In this document: positions 39,033 to 48,131 of the stretch, in pieces
Position numbering within the stretch: position 1 is the stretch's first letter
Layout of the letters: the number at the start of each line of letters is the position of its first letter
Assembly: GCA_963717145.1 (NCBI GenBank)
Contig: OY970325.1
Coordinates: 2,752,001-2,816,000 of the forward strand
Length of the DNA stretch: 64,000 nt
Direction: 5' to 3'
Source: an uncultured Armatimonadetes bacterium
Lineage (GTDB): Bacteria > Armatimonadota > UBA5829 > DTJY01
Program-made: the position numbers and the translations under genes
Notes under the pieces: model-generated
Told to the model about the DNA's origin: nothing
The model's input: the letters and a program-made list of their open reading frames with translations, nothing else
Databases searched by the model: none

Positions 39033-40462
39033 TCAGTCCGTCTTCGCCGTTGCCAGCTTCCCGAACCGATTCGCGATCGCGAGCGCCGGATCGACGGGAA
39101 CCTCCGCCGGCACGATGTCCTTCGGGATCTCGATGATCGGGAGCGCCTTAAGTTCCTTGCCCGCGAACTGCGGCAGCCACTTCGCCTCGGCCTGCGAACA
39201 TCTCCCGCGCCATCTCCCGCGCCTCGTGGAGCGTGCAGACCGCCGCCGTCAGCGGATCGAGCGCGACCGCCTGCAGTCGCGAGCTCCGGGTTGCCGGTCA
39301 ATGCCGCCTCGACGGCAAGCTGCTGCACGGTGACGTTGGTCATGTTCAGCGCCGCGCATTGTGGCGGCAGGTCGCCGACCACCGTCGGGTGAAGGCCCAT
39401 GCGGTCGACGAAGATCGGCACCTCGACGCAGCAGCCCTCGGCAGGTTCGTGATGAAGCCGTCGTTGCGGACGTTGCCGTTGAGCCGGAAGATGTTGCCGG
39501 TCTCCATCGCTTCGAGGATGTACGAGCAGTACTCGGCGCTGCGCGGGTCGAGCTTCTTCGACTCGATGCTCAGCGGATCGGTGTTCTTGAACTTCTCCGC
39601 GAGCATGCGGCAGTACTTGTAGTAGGCGCCGGACGCGCCGCCGAAGTCCGGCTGGTCGCAGTAGAGGTCGAGCGCCTTCTGGTTCTTGCGGAACCAGGGC
39701 ACGTACTCGGAGAGGTGCCCGGTGCTCTCGGTCATGAAGTAGCCGAAGTGCCGGAAGACCTCGCCGCGGACCTTCTCGTTGATGTAGTACTCGGGCTTCT
39801 CGAACTTCTCGCGCAGGATCGGGTAGAGGTCCTTGCCGTCCTTCTCCAGCCGCAGGAACCACGCCATGTGGTTGATGCCGGCGCAGAGGTAGTCGATCTC
39901 ATCCTTCGGCACGCCGACGTACCCGGCGATCAGGTCCATCGTCGTCTGCACGCCGTGGCAGAGTCCGACGAACTGCAGGCCCGGCACCGTCCCGAGCGCC
40001 CAGCAGTTCGCCGCCATCGGGTTGGCGTAGTTGAGCATGAGCGCGTTCGGGCACAGCTCCTTCATGTCGTTGGCGATGTCCACCAGGACCGGGATCGTCC
40101 TCAGCGCCCGGAAGATGCCGCCCGGGCCGAGCGAGTCGCCGATGCACTGGTCGACGCCGTACTTCAGCGGGATCTCGTAGTCGGCCTGGAACGCGTCCAC
40201 CCCGCCGATCTGGATCATGATGACGACGTAGTCCGCGCCGTCGAGCGCCTGCCGACGGTCGGTCGTCGCCGAGACCTTCGCCGGCAGGTTGTTCTCCCGG
40301 ACGACGTCCTTGGCGAACGCCTCCATCTTGCGGAGCTTGGTCTCCGTCGGGTTCATCAGGACGAACTCGCTCGTCCTGCAGAGCCGGCGTCGCCATGATG
40401 TCCATCATCAGCGTCTTGCAGAATATGACGCTCCCCGCGCCGATCATTGCGATTCTTGGCAT
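39033..40462 (-). CDS. melA: GH4 alpha-galactosidase/alpha-glucosidase with about four frameshifts
   Basis: IAMIGAGS, DYEIPLKYG, LNYANPM, GLCHGV, AGINHMAWF, CCVEVP; frame changes near 40372, 39440, 39277 and 39194. Confidence 0.88.
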
Positions 40463-40543
40463 CTCTATCCTCCATTCAGATGGCTGTGCTGTATCACGCC
40501 CGATTATCTGAGCTCGCCTTACCTCACGGCTCGTCAATGCATT

Positions 40544-41173
40544 CTACAGGGGTCGGTTTTCACTGCGACCATTCCGAGCGATCCACGTCAGGTACTCTAC
40601 CCCTAGATTGGTTATATGGTACTTGTCAGCCTCCACGGTCACGAGTGCTCTGTTACAAAGAAAAGTCATATACTCATCGAGGGACCAGTTCGCAAATTCG
40701 TCCTCAAACCTCTCTTTTATACTCTCGAAGTAGGTGGTGACGTGATCGCAGGCTTCCCCTTGCCCAACAACCTCATTCAGACGCTTAAGTAGGTAGATCT
40801 GAGTTCCGAAAATGAGATTATGAATCTGTTCGAACTCCAATAGGATCCGCGCCGCTCCCAAGTACTTGATCAGCACCTTGGCCGTGTCCGTGTCGGTTTC
40901 AAGGTCCCGTTCGTCCAAGTCGGATCTTATTCGGCCTTCGATATCTCGCAGGACGATTGAGTCACCGACGGCAAGCAGCAATTCCTGCACTGCTTCTGTT
41001 TTCCGTTTCTCTCTCTGAGCTTCAGGTGCGGGCACGGCCTTAACACCGCTCTTGTCGATTGACGTGATTCGGGATATTAAGGCCGCCAACGGGCCCCTGA
41101 ACAAAAAAACGAACACCAGCGCGAAAAGAAACGCGAAGTGCGGGTAACCCAACGCCGTTAGTATCTCTTCCAT
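40544..41173 (-). CDS. Hypothetical protein with an N-terminal TM and a possible C-terminal winged helix
   Basis: Lower-GC ORF; FAFLFALVFVFLFR TM; YHITNLGVEYL end. Confidence 0.7.
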   Translation of the reverse strand: MEEILTALGYPHFAFLFALVFVFLFRGPLAALISRITSIDKSGVKAVPAPEAQREKRKTEAVQELLLAVGDSIVLRDIEGRIRSDLDERDLETDTDTAKVLIKYLGAARILLEFEQIHNLIFGTQIYLLKRLNEVVGQGEACDHVTTYFESIKERFEDEFANWSLDEYMTFLCNRALVTVEADKYHITNLGVEYLTWIARNGRSENRPL

Positions 41174-41256
41174 ACGCACACCTGCTCTTCCCTATGGAGT
41201 CAACCAAGGACTGTCTTGCCGTTCTCTTCTTGTGCTTCTTCCTACCATCAAGACAC

Positions 41257-41769
41257 CTAGCCTTTGGACAGCCCCCACCATAGAATTGGAAGGGCGGCCC
41301 ACTGCATAATGCTGCTGAACAGGCGAAATCCACTCGCCATGCTCATTGCGCTAGCCAGTCTGGCCTCCGCAGAGTATGAAAGGCCTGTACGGAGTTCGAA
41401 CAGGAGAGAGGGCAGCCTCGCCAGTATTATGGCAAACGCGGCGAACGCAACAGTGAGATTCCACCACCGCACCAGAAGGCAGAAGTATCCGATAGAGAGT
41501 AGCGCCCATACGGCGGTCATCACCGTGTCACAGCGCCGAAGTCGACGCGCTTCGCCCCGCTCATACTCGTCCTCGAAGTCATCCTCAAGCGGGAGTCCTT
41601 GGTGTGCCAGCCCTCGAACGACGTAGCTGAGCAGGTTCGTTCCAAGATAGGTGAGGATCACCCATAGGATGATCGCGCTCAATGGCGCAGGAATGCTCGC
41701 GTCGCGCATGAAGAACATACAGATCGCAACTGCAGCGAGCTTCAATATCGACGGCACCGGTTCAATCAT
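41257..41769 (-). CDS. Hypothetical integral membrane protein
   Basis: About five hydrophobic segments. Confidence 0.65.
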   Translation of the reverse strand: MIEPVPSILKLAAVAICMFFMRDASIPAPLSAIILWVILTYLGTNLLSYVVRGLAHQGLPLEDDFEDEYERGEARRLRRCDTVMTAVWALLSIGYFCLLVRWWNLTVAFAAFAIILARLPSLLFELRTGLSYSAEARLASAMSMASGFRLFSSIMQWAALPILWWGLSKG

Positions 41770-41905
41770 GATCCCATCCCTTGCACGTTACCCTATTCGA
41801 GGGCAGTCCTTCTCTTGCCAATCCTCGAGCGACGCACCCGATCAGATTCGTACCAACCAAGGCGAGTATCGCCCAACCGATCACGGCCTTCAGGACGGTG
41901 ATCAT
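41762..41905 (-). CDS. 47-aa small membrane ORF or gene fragment paralogous to the downstream gene
   Basis: MITVLKAVIGWAILALVGTNLIGCVARGLAREGLPSNRVTCKGWDHD*; below the ORF-track cutoff; its stop overlaps the next start (ATGATTGA). Confidence 0.6.
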   Translation of the reverse strand: MITVLKAVIGWAILALVGTNLIGCVARGLAREGLPSNRVTCKGWDHD

Positions 41906-42010
41906 GGTACACCTGCACTACTCCACCAGCTCATCTTTCCTATCTACTATTTCCTTCGCCGCAGCGGCAAGGCGGTCTACACGCCGTGCGCCCTCCCAAG
42001 AGTGTGTGGC

Positions 42011-43129
42011 TCAGAGATCCGGGTTGGAGTTGACCTGGACTCTGATCTCGCCATCCCACACCAGCTTGCCGAAGAGCTTCTCAGGTTCCGGCCTAGCCAT
42101 ATGCATGTCGCCGCCTATCTCGTAATATCTGTCGAGGGTCCCACGCGGCGTTACGACATAGTGAAGGGCGTGCGACGCGCCGCATAGGCCTTTCGGCAGT
42201 TTGTGCTTGGGCACGTATGTGACAAGCAACTCCTCTTCCTGAATGGTCTCCAGCAAGCGCGGCTCATCGAAAACACTTGCTGCCAAAGAGAAGTCATCGC
42301 GGTGCACGATAGGCAGCCGCACGGATTGGTTCAGGATCGGCGATTCGACAAGCAGGTAACCGTAGGGCTCAAATCTACTCGCGGGGTTTACCCTATTCCC
42401 TGGGCCGACTGTGGTTCCAGCCCTATCGAAATCCAGAACGCGGAAGACATGGCCCACTATGTATGTCCACTCGATGTGGCGGCCAATCTCTGGTGTCATG
42501 ACGCCGGCCGATATCAACTGGTTGTCGGCTGCACGTTGGAAATTTCTCATGCGCAGGAAGAGGTGCGCGTAAGGGAACAGGTAAGTGAGTGCGCCGAGGA
42601 GCAGCACACTCCCACCAACCCACACGCCAAGCCAACCATGTCCCAGCAAACCGACCACCAATCCAACGAATGCTGTCGCTACCCCGAATGTGCCAACCAG
42701 AACACCCAGGGTGATGATGCCCCGCCACCAGTCCTCCAGGATAGTTCCAGTCGCCAGCATCGGCGCAATGATCATGAAAGCATAAAGGGCTCCGAGCAAC
42801 TGCGCGATCGGCTGCAGCACTCTCTCTCCTGTCGAGAGCATCGCAAACTCTTGAATCTGTGTTAGGAAGGAGAGCGCAACTACCACCACGGCCAAGAGGG
42901 CAGCCAGCGAGGCGGCTACAACCATGACTTCCCGACGTCTCGATGGTGCGATCACTCCCGCTGAGCCGACAGATGCAAAGGTGCCGAGGAACGCACTGGC
43001 CGTGTCCATAGTCCCTTGCCCAAACACCACGGTTATTACGCCACCCAGCAGACTGCCAACCATGCCCATTAGGATTGCGCCAGGTATGACCAATATCCAT
43101 CTTAGCAGTTGCATGCCATATTCCCTCAC
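42011..43129 (-). CDS. Hypothetical protein: multi-TM N-terminal domain plus soluble C-terminal domain
   Basis: 372-aa ORF, about six TMs in the first 190 aa. Confidence 0.65.
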   Translation of the reverse strand: MREYGMQLLRWILVIPGAILMGMVGSLLGGVITVVFGQGTMDTASAFLGTFASVGSAGVIAPSRRREVMVVAASLAALLAVVVVALSFLTQIQEFAMLSTGERVLQPIAQLLGALYAFMIIAPMLATGTILEDWWRGIITLGVLVGTFGVATAFVGLVVGLLGHGWLGVWVGGSVLLLGALTYLFPYAHLFLRMRNFQRAADNQLISAGVMTPEIGRHIEWTYIVGHVFRVLDFDRAGTTVGPGNRVNPASRFEPYGYLLVESPILNQSVRLPIVHRDDFSLAASVFDEPRLLETIQEEELLVTYVPKHKLPKGLCGASHALHYVVTPRGTLDRYYEIGGDMHMARPEPEKLFGKLVWDGEIRVQVNSNPDL

Positions 43130-43168
43130 GGTTCCAGGAATGAACGAACGAGCCGTTCCACCACTGCG

Positions 43169-43366
43169 TCAGATCATCCGTCTGGCTGCTCTTAATACGT
43201 AGAGCGCATCGGCGGTCACCCACTCATTCATGCGGGTGGCGCTGACCCTGCCCCAGGAGACGGTTTCACCTCGGCCGCTTAGGTCTTTGGTGACGGCATA
43301 GAACCGTTCCTCCGCGGGCCAACCTCCGTCCGGGAGGCGCTTCGACTCCAGGAGGCCGAGCGAGTC
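43169..43366 (-). pseudogene. Displaced duplicate of the last 65 codons of the gene at 44219-45208
   Basis: DSLGLLESKRLPDGGWPAEERFYAVTKDLSGRGETVSWGRVSATRMNEWVTADALYVLRAARRMI* aligns without gaps to 44219-44416. Confidence 0.92.
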
Positions 43367-43610
43367 AGGCTGCGGCGGATTGCCGTTCATTCTGAATGAT
43401 GATTTTGGGGTCGGCGTTCGGCGGGGGGACAGGCAGGCCTCGTTCGCGCAGGAGGGCGACATGCTCTCGCATCCCCCACTTGGCTTTGTAGAGGCAGTCC
43501 TCAACCGAGTGCCCAACACCCGTCAACCCTTCAAGGTCAGGTCATTGGAAGGCGAAGAAGTCAGGCTCGTCCGTCGCCTCGATCACGAGTGAATATTCCA
43601 GATCAATCAC
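43365..43610 (-). pseudogene. HicB-like antitoxin with an in-frame TGA at codon 23
   Basis: MIDLEYSLVIEATDEPDFFAFQ*PDLEGLTGVGHSVEDCLYKAKWGMREHVALLRERGLPVPPP...; PDLEG..G.S.ED and G.PVP are HicB N-domain hallmarks. Confidence 0.78.
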
Positions 43611-43618
43611 GATGATAC

Positions 43619-43954
43619 CTACCAGACCCTCTCCAGTTCAAGTGCCCGAGCTAGCGCGTTGCCAAGTATCCTGAGCTTGTCAGACCCGAGTTGTCCAACA
43701 TAGTCGGTCAAGGCTGATTTGGGCAGGCTTGCCAGCTCGTCGCAGTGGATGCTGGAGTCATGCTTGAGCCCCTCGGGTACTCCTACCTGAACCTGAGTGG
43801 ATAGCCCATCATAGGCGGTGTATACCGGAGCGCAGATAACCGTCGAAAAACGGGAGTCGATGAGGGTCTGGCGGCTTACCACCACGAAAACTCGCCTCTT
43901 CTTCGGATCCGCCTCAGATAGTTTCCTGACTAGATAAAGCTCGCCGCGTCTCAT
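43619..43954 (-). CDS. mazF: MazF/PemK family endoribonuclease toxin
   Basis: MRRGELYLV...[10 protein letters not shown]...TVICAP...GLKHDS. Confidence 0.9.
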   Translation of the reverse strand: MRRGELYLVRKLSEADPKKRRVFVVVSRQTLIDSRFSTVICAPVYTAYDGLSTQVQVGVPEGLKHDSSIHCDELASLPKSALTDYVGQLGSDKLRILGNALARALELERVW

Positions 43955-44181
43955 ATTGGCGCTTGATATCCCAGAACGTCTTCTGCTTCAGCATTCAGTT
44001 CATCGGCGTGTTCATTGATGATCTCAAGATCGCGACGATCGGCTTCCTCTCGCTCCAGGTGGGCGATGTAATGCTGTACGGCCACTTCAATGAGCTCTGA
44101 ACGGTTCCTGAACTCTGCCCTATGGTTCTCAATCCGCCGACGCGTGCCGCTGTCTAGTGTGATAGAAATCTTACTTTTCAT
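43951..44181 (-). CDS. Ribbon-helix-helix antitoxin
   Basis: [10 protein letters not shown]...[10 protein letters not shown]; acidic tail; ATGA overlap with mazF. Confidence 0.85.
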   Translation of the reverse strand: MKSKISITLDSGTRRRIENHRAEFRNRSELIEVAVQHYIAHLEREEADRRDLEIINEHADELNAEAEDVLGYQAPI

Positions 44182-44187
44182 GCTACG

Positions 44188-44216
44188 ATCATACCACCTT
44201 TGCGCCCAAGCGTCAA
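44188..44216 (-). promoter_or_regulatory. Sigma70 promoter, probably producing a leaderless transcript
   Basis: TTGACG-17 nt-TATGAT with extended TG; the ATG lies 6 nt after the -10 box and there is no SD. Confidence 0.75.
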
Positions 44217-44218
44217 CA

Positions 44219-45208
44219 CTATTCCAATCGTCCCGCTGCACTGAGCACGAAGAGCACATCCGCGGTGACCCACTCGTTCATGCGGGTCTTGCTGACCTTG
44301 CCCCAGGAGACGGTCTCGCCTCGGCCGCTGAGGTCTTTCGTCACGGCGTAGAACCTCTCCTCCGCGGGCCAGCCGCCGTCCGGTAGGCGCTTCGACTCCA
44401 GGAGATCTAGCGAGTCGGCACACCGGGGATCGGAGATGAACCCGCCTTCCGCCATCACCTTCAGCCCGAACAGGATGTCGTACCGCCAGTAGCACGGGTA
44501 ATGCAGCCGCGTGAACTGCGGGTTCATCACCTCGCCGTCGCTGATCCGTCGGAAGAGCCGCCGTCTGAGGAACAACTCCGCCGCGCGCCCGGCTGCTTCC
44601 AGGGCCTTTGCATCTCCCGTTGTCTTTCCATAGATCGAGAGAGCGCGCAGCGGAATCAGTGATTCCCAGAACGATGACGTCGCAGCCTCAGGGTTCTTGT
44701 CGCAGTTCCAGCCGCCGTCCGGCCACTGGGTCTTGATCAATAACTCGGCGAAATCATGGCATCGCTCGTTCATCAGACCGAGCGCCACCGTGGAGAAGAG
44801 CGCATTACCCGGCAGAGATGCACAGAACCTCGCCCTGCCGTTGAGCCGGGAAGGCCACTCTCCTTCGGTGAACTTCCTCCTGACTATGAAGCCCATCGAG
44901 AAGTCCAGAACCTGGTCGCGCATCGGAATCAGCTCCGGATCGCCCTTCGGATATCCGATATCGGCAAGGTGCGCGAAGACCCAGTGAGCGCCCTTCCACT
45001 TCTTGTAGGTCTGATTCTGCCTGAAGATCCGTCCGCTCTCATCACGGTTGCTCAGGAGCGCCCGAACCCTCGGCGAGTCCTTGATCTCCCGGCGAAGGTC
45101 CGCCAGCGAGTCCTCGGTCTCCCCGAGCACTCGGCTTCGGACCTTGTACCGAATCGAAGGCTCATCTGATGCCAGCAGTTTGTCGATCACATCAGGCATT
45201 CGATCCAC
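44219..45208 (-). CDS. Prenyltransferase/squalene-cyclase-repeat-like protein of unknown function
   Basis: QWPDGGWNC, LHYPCYWRYDIL, KRLPDGGW repeats. Confidence 0.72.
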   Translation of the reverse strand: MDRMPDVIDKLLASDEPSIRYKVRSRVLGETEDSLADLRREIKDSPRVRALLSNRDESGRIFRQNQTYKKWKGAHWVFAHLADIGYPKGDPELIPMRDQVLDFSMGFIVRRKFTEGEWPSRLNGRARFCASLPGNALFSTVALGLMNERCHDFAELLIKTQWPDGGWNCDKNPEAATSSFWESLIPLRALSIYGKTTGDAKALEAAGRAAELFLRRRLFRRISDGEVMNPQFTRLHYPCYWRYDILFGLKVMAEGGFISDPRCADSLDLLESKRLPDGGWPAEERFYAVTKDLSGRGETVSWGKVSKTRMNEWVTADVLFVLSAAGRLE

Positions 45209-45211
45209 CCG

Positions 45212-45445
45212 TTAGGCAGGCTTGGCCTCCGTTAGGTCGAGCAGCTTGGCCTGAACGGATTCGAGCACCGAGTCTCGCACGAAATCGCTGGCATTCAGGA
45301 TCTCGACGCCGATCAGTTCGCCCTTGTCGTTCACTTCCGCTGTGATATTGGGACTGACCTCGATGCTCCCTGCCTCGGGTTCCTCAGAAATCGTGATGTG
45401 GAGGACATTGTCCTTCTCAAAGTATGCCATTCGCGCTTTACTCAT
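45212..45445 (-). CDS. DUF2283 family putative antitoxin
   Basis: YFEKDNVLHI...GELIGVEILNAS. Confidence 0.85.
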   Translation of the reverse strand: MSKARMAYFEKDNVLHITISEEPEAGSIEVSPNITAEVNDKGELIGVEILNASDFVRDSVLESVQAKLLDLTEAKPA

Positions 45446-45716
45446 TTGTGAACCTACCCCATCGCAAACGCAAGTTGATCTGCCGGCGATTCGTCGCATG
45501 AATCGTGACCGGCGTCAGAGTATTGTCTTCGCGGTCATATGGTATCATCACCAGCAACTGGTCCTGACGGCCAACTACGACCTTTCGGCCTGTAACGATA
45601 TCGAGGTATCGTTCAGTCGAGTATCGCACAATGCTCTCGACTACCGCAAGGTCGAAGCCACGCAGAGTGCAACGATACTTGAAGTAGTCTGTCCAGATGA
45701 TCGTGACCTCGTCCAT
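45438..45716 (-). CDS. DUF4258-like (RelE/BrnT-fold) putative toxin
   Basis: 92 aa, overlaps the DUF2283 gene; WTDYFKYRCTLRG...TPVTIH. Confidence 0.65.
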   Translation of the reverse strand: MDEVTIIWTDYFKYRCTLRGFDLAVVESIVRYSTERYLDIVTGRKVVVGRQDQLLVMIPYDREDNTLTPVTIHATNRRQINLRLRWGRFTNE

Positions 45717-45735
45717 ACCATCCTCTGATCAGTAG

Positions 45736-46908
45736 CTAGTCCCGGCCACCCGTGGATTCCTTCGTTCCCTCGGAGACATCCTTTCGAAGCTCTCGATGTG
45801 CCTCGGCGAGGGCCGCTGCATACGGCTCGTAAGGAGTTGCCGTATTCACATTCCACACGTCCGGGTACTTGATCTCGATCCAGTTCGCCGAGTGACTGAT
45901 ACCGTTCCACAGCACTCTCCGGAAGCCCTCCGAGTCCAGAGGCTGCCGATCACCCGCATTCGGATTCCGGAAGATCCGAGCCGCCTCATAGGCAAGCTGA
46001 ACCTTGTCCCGGACATCCCAGACCAGCGACAGGTAGTCATTGATCGTCTTGTTGTCCGCCGTGTACGGACCTGCAAAGTACTTCGGGTTTTCTTCGCCGA
46101 GCCCCAACAACCGCAGAATCAGCTTCCGGCTTCGACTCGCCTGCCGCTCGATCGTGTAGTCCCGGATCGCCTTGCATGTTCGGAGACTCTCTGCCTGATT
46201 CACGTCGCCGAACATCTGGTAGTGCAGACCGAGCGCAAGGTCGGTATTCGGAAACGCTTCCGCGAACCGGTCTATCGATTCCTTCCAGCCGGCTTCGAAC
46301 TTGTCGAGCGAGAATGCCAGCTTGTGTTCCTCTTCGGGCGATATCTCGGCGACCGGGAAGTTGGTCTCGACCCCGAACAGGGACGACGGCCCGTTGACCG
46401 CGACGTAATGAAGCGCCGAGTGTCCGTCATATCGCGCCCCGAGCCTCGACACCGTCGAGTACAGCGCCGCCTTGTACTGCTCATCCCACGGCACCGGACT
46501 CGTCTTCCATCCGACTAGAGGATGGATGTGCCGGAACTCGAAGGTCTCGGAACGCTCCATCACCCACTCCGGCGCGTATGCCTGGACCAGGAGCGCCAGG
46601 GATGCCGTCTTTCCCTTCCGCCGGGCGATCTCCAGCGGAACGTCGAACAGCTCCCATCGGTAGTCCCCGCGCGCAGGCTCGAACGATCGCCAGTTCACGT
46701 AGACCATCAGCCCCGAGATGTACTCCAGGTCGAGTATCCCGGACATCACCGTGCGCCAGTCGGGCCGGCCGCCGTCGAGGTTCACCGTGATGCAGTGTAC
46801 CCCGTTCCGCGTCTGAGCAGTTTTCTCCGGCGTCGAGCCGTGCAGCGGCCTCAGAGTCGCCCAGGCCAATCCCCCTGCCGTGATCCCGAGGAACTCCCGG
46901 CGGTTCAT
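45736..46908 (-). CDS. Tat-exported GH42/GH-A-like TIM-barrel protein
   Basis: MNRREFLG; VNWRSFEPARGDYRW, APEWV, PVPWD, LGARYDGH. Confidence 0.7.
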   Translation of the reverse strand: MNRREFLGITAGGLAWATLRPLHGSTPEKTAQTRNGVHCITVNLDGGRPDWRTVMSGILDLEYISGLMVYVNWRSFEPARGDYRWELFDVPLEIARRKGKTASLALLVQAYAPEWVMERSETFEFRHIHPLVGWKTSPVPWDEQYKAALYSTVSRLGARYDGHSALHYVAVNGPSSLFGVETNFPVAEISPEEEHKLAFSLDKFEAGWKESIDRFAEAFPNTDLALGLHYQMFGDVNQAESLRTCKAIRDYTIERQASRSRKLILRLLGLGEENPKYFAGPYTADNKTINDYLSLVWDVRDKVQLAYEAARIFRNPNAGDRQPLDSEGFRRVLWNGISHSANWIEIKYPDVWNVNTATPYEPYAAALAEAHRELRKDVSEGTKESTGGRD

Positions 46909-46913
46909 GCGTA

Positions 46914-48080
46914 CTACTTGACTCCCACCTGCTCCGGGCCGAGGTTCTTGAAGAGGTAGAGCCCTTCCTTGCCGGGCGCGACGATATCGAGCTTGCCGTT
47001 GCCGTCGATGTCGCCGATCCACATGAAGATGCCCGTGCCCGACGCCTCACCCTTCTTGCCGTAGTCGATCACGCACTTGGTGAACGACTCGCCGTTCCAC
47101 TTGAAGTACCAGAGGCCGACGATATCCGTCTCGCCCGGCTCGTGGCCGCAGTGGGCGCGGAACCGGTTGCCGGTGACGATCTCTTTCTCGCCGTCGCCGT
47201 CGATGTCGATCAGGATCATCTCGTGGTACTGCGAGAACCAGGGGTCGATCGGGTGCTTCGTCCAGGTGCGCGTTCCGTCGGCGTTGTCTTTCCGGGTGTA
47301 GTAGTCGAGGCCGTAGTTGTGTGCCTGGCCGACGATGATCTCGTTCACGCCGTCGCCGTTCACATCAGCGACGATCATCGGCACGCTGGCGCTCCCGAAG
47401 TTGAACTCCTGGTGGAACTTGTACTCGCCGGTGAGCGGGTCGCCCATCGGCTCCCACCAGCCGCTCGGGGTGATGAAGCACATCTTGCCGTTCCCCAGCA
47501 CGTCGCCGAACCCGAGGCCGTGCCCCTGAGGCTCACTGCTGATCACGTATTCCTTGAACGCGCCCTTTTCGAGCTTGTAGACCCTCAGCGGCTGACCCGG
47601 CGTGTTCGGCACGATCTCGATCTGACCGTCGCCGTCGACATCCCAGCCGCGAGTCGTCTCGATCGAGCCGGTCTTCGCGATCTCGTGTGTCGTCCACTCC
47701 ACCGGCTTGCCCTTGGGGTTCTCGCACCACTGGAGCGCCTGACCCCACCATCCGCCGGTGACGAAATCCATGTAGCCGTCGCCGTTGACGTCCATCGGAA
47801 TCGTCGAGAAATCGTCGAAATACTCGTCCGCCGCCAGGACATCCCGCAGCTTGTGCTTCGTCCAGTTCGGCGCTTCGTACCATGATGCGCCGCAGACGAT
47901 GTCGAGTTTGCCGTCGTTGTTGACATCGAACACGCCCGCTGACTCATAGGCGCCGTCGTCGATCTTGATCTTCTCCCACTCGATCCTTCGCATGTTCCGT
48001 TGTCCTCCCGAGTTTTCGGCGGCGCGCAGCATGCCGGCGACCGCCACTATACCAATGCAGATTGCGACCATCAGCTTCAT
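46914..48080 (-). CDS. FG-GAP/VCBS repeat beta-propeller protein
   Basis: Repeated DVNNDGKLDIV, DVNGDGYMDFV, DIDGDGEKEIV, DIDGNGKLDIV; signal peptide. Confidence 0.9.
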   Translation of the reverse strand: MKLMVAICIGIVAVAGMLRAAENSGGQRNMRRIEWEKIKIDDGAYESAGVFDVNNDGKLDIVCGASWYEAPNWTKHKLRDVLAADEYFDDFSTIPMDVNGDGYMDFVTGGWWGQALQWCENPKGKPVEWTTHEIAKTGSIETTRGWDVDGDGQIEIVPNTPGQPLRVYKLEKGAFKEYVISSEPQGHGLGFGDVLGNGKMCFITPSGWWEPMGDPLTGEYKFHQEFNFGSASVPMIVADVNGDGVNEIIVGQAHNYGLDYYTRKDNADGTRTWTKHPIDPWFSQYHEMILIDIDGDGEKEIVTGNRFRAHCGHEPGETDIVGLWYFKWNGESFTKCVIDYGKKGEASGTGIFMWIGDIDGNGKLDIVAPGKEGLYLFKNLGPEQVGVK

Positions 48081-48131
48081 GATTCCTACTCCTCCGAAGG
48101 GCTATTCTGTGTTTCTTAGGATTTCCCCTGC

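Noticed and set aside
43542..43544. Selenocysteine codon in hicB
   Set aside because: Not a redox Cys position and no evident SECIS; a nonsense mutation is simpler
43169..44416. Diversity-generating retroelement TR/VR pair
   Set aside because: Differences are mostly synonymous third-position changes, not adenine-specific, and no reverse transcriptase is present
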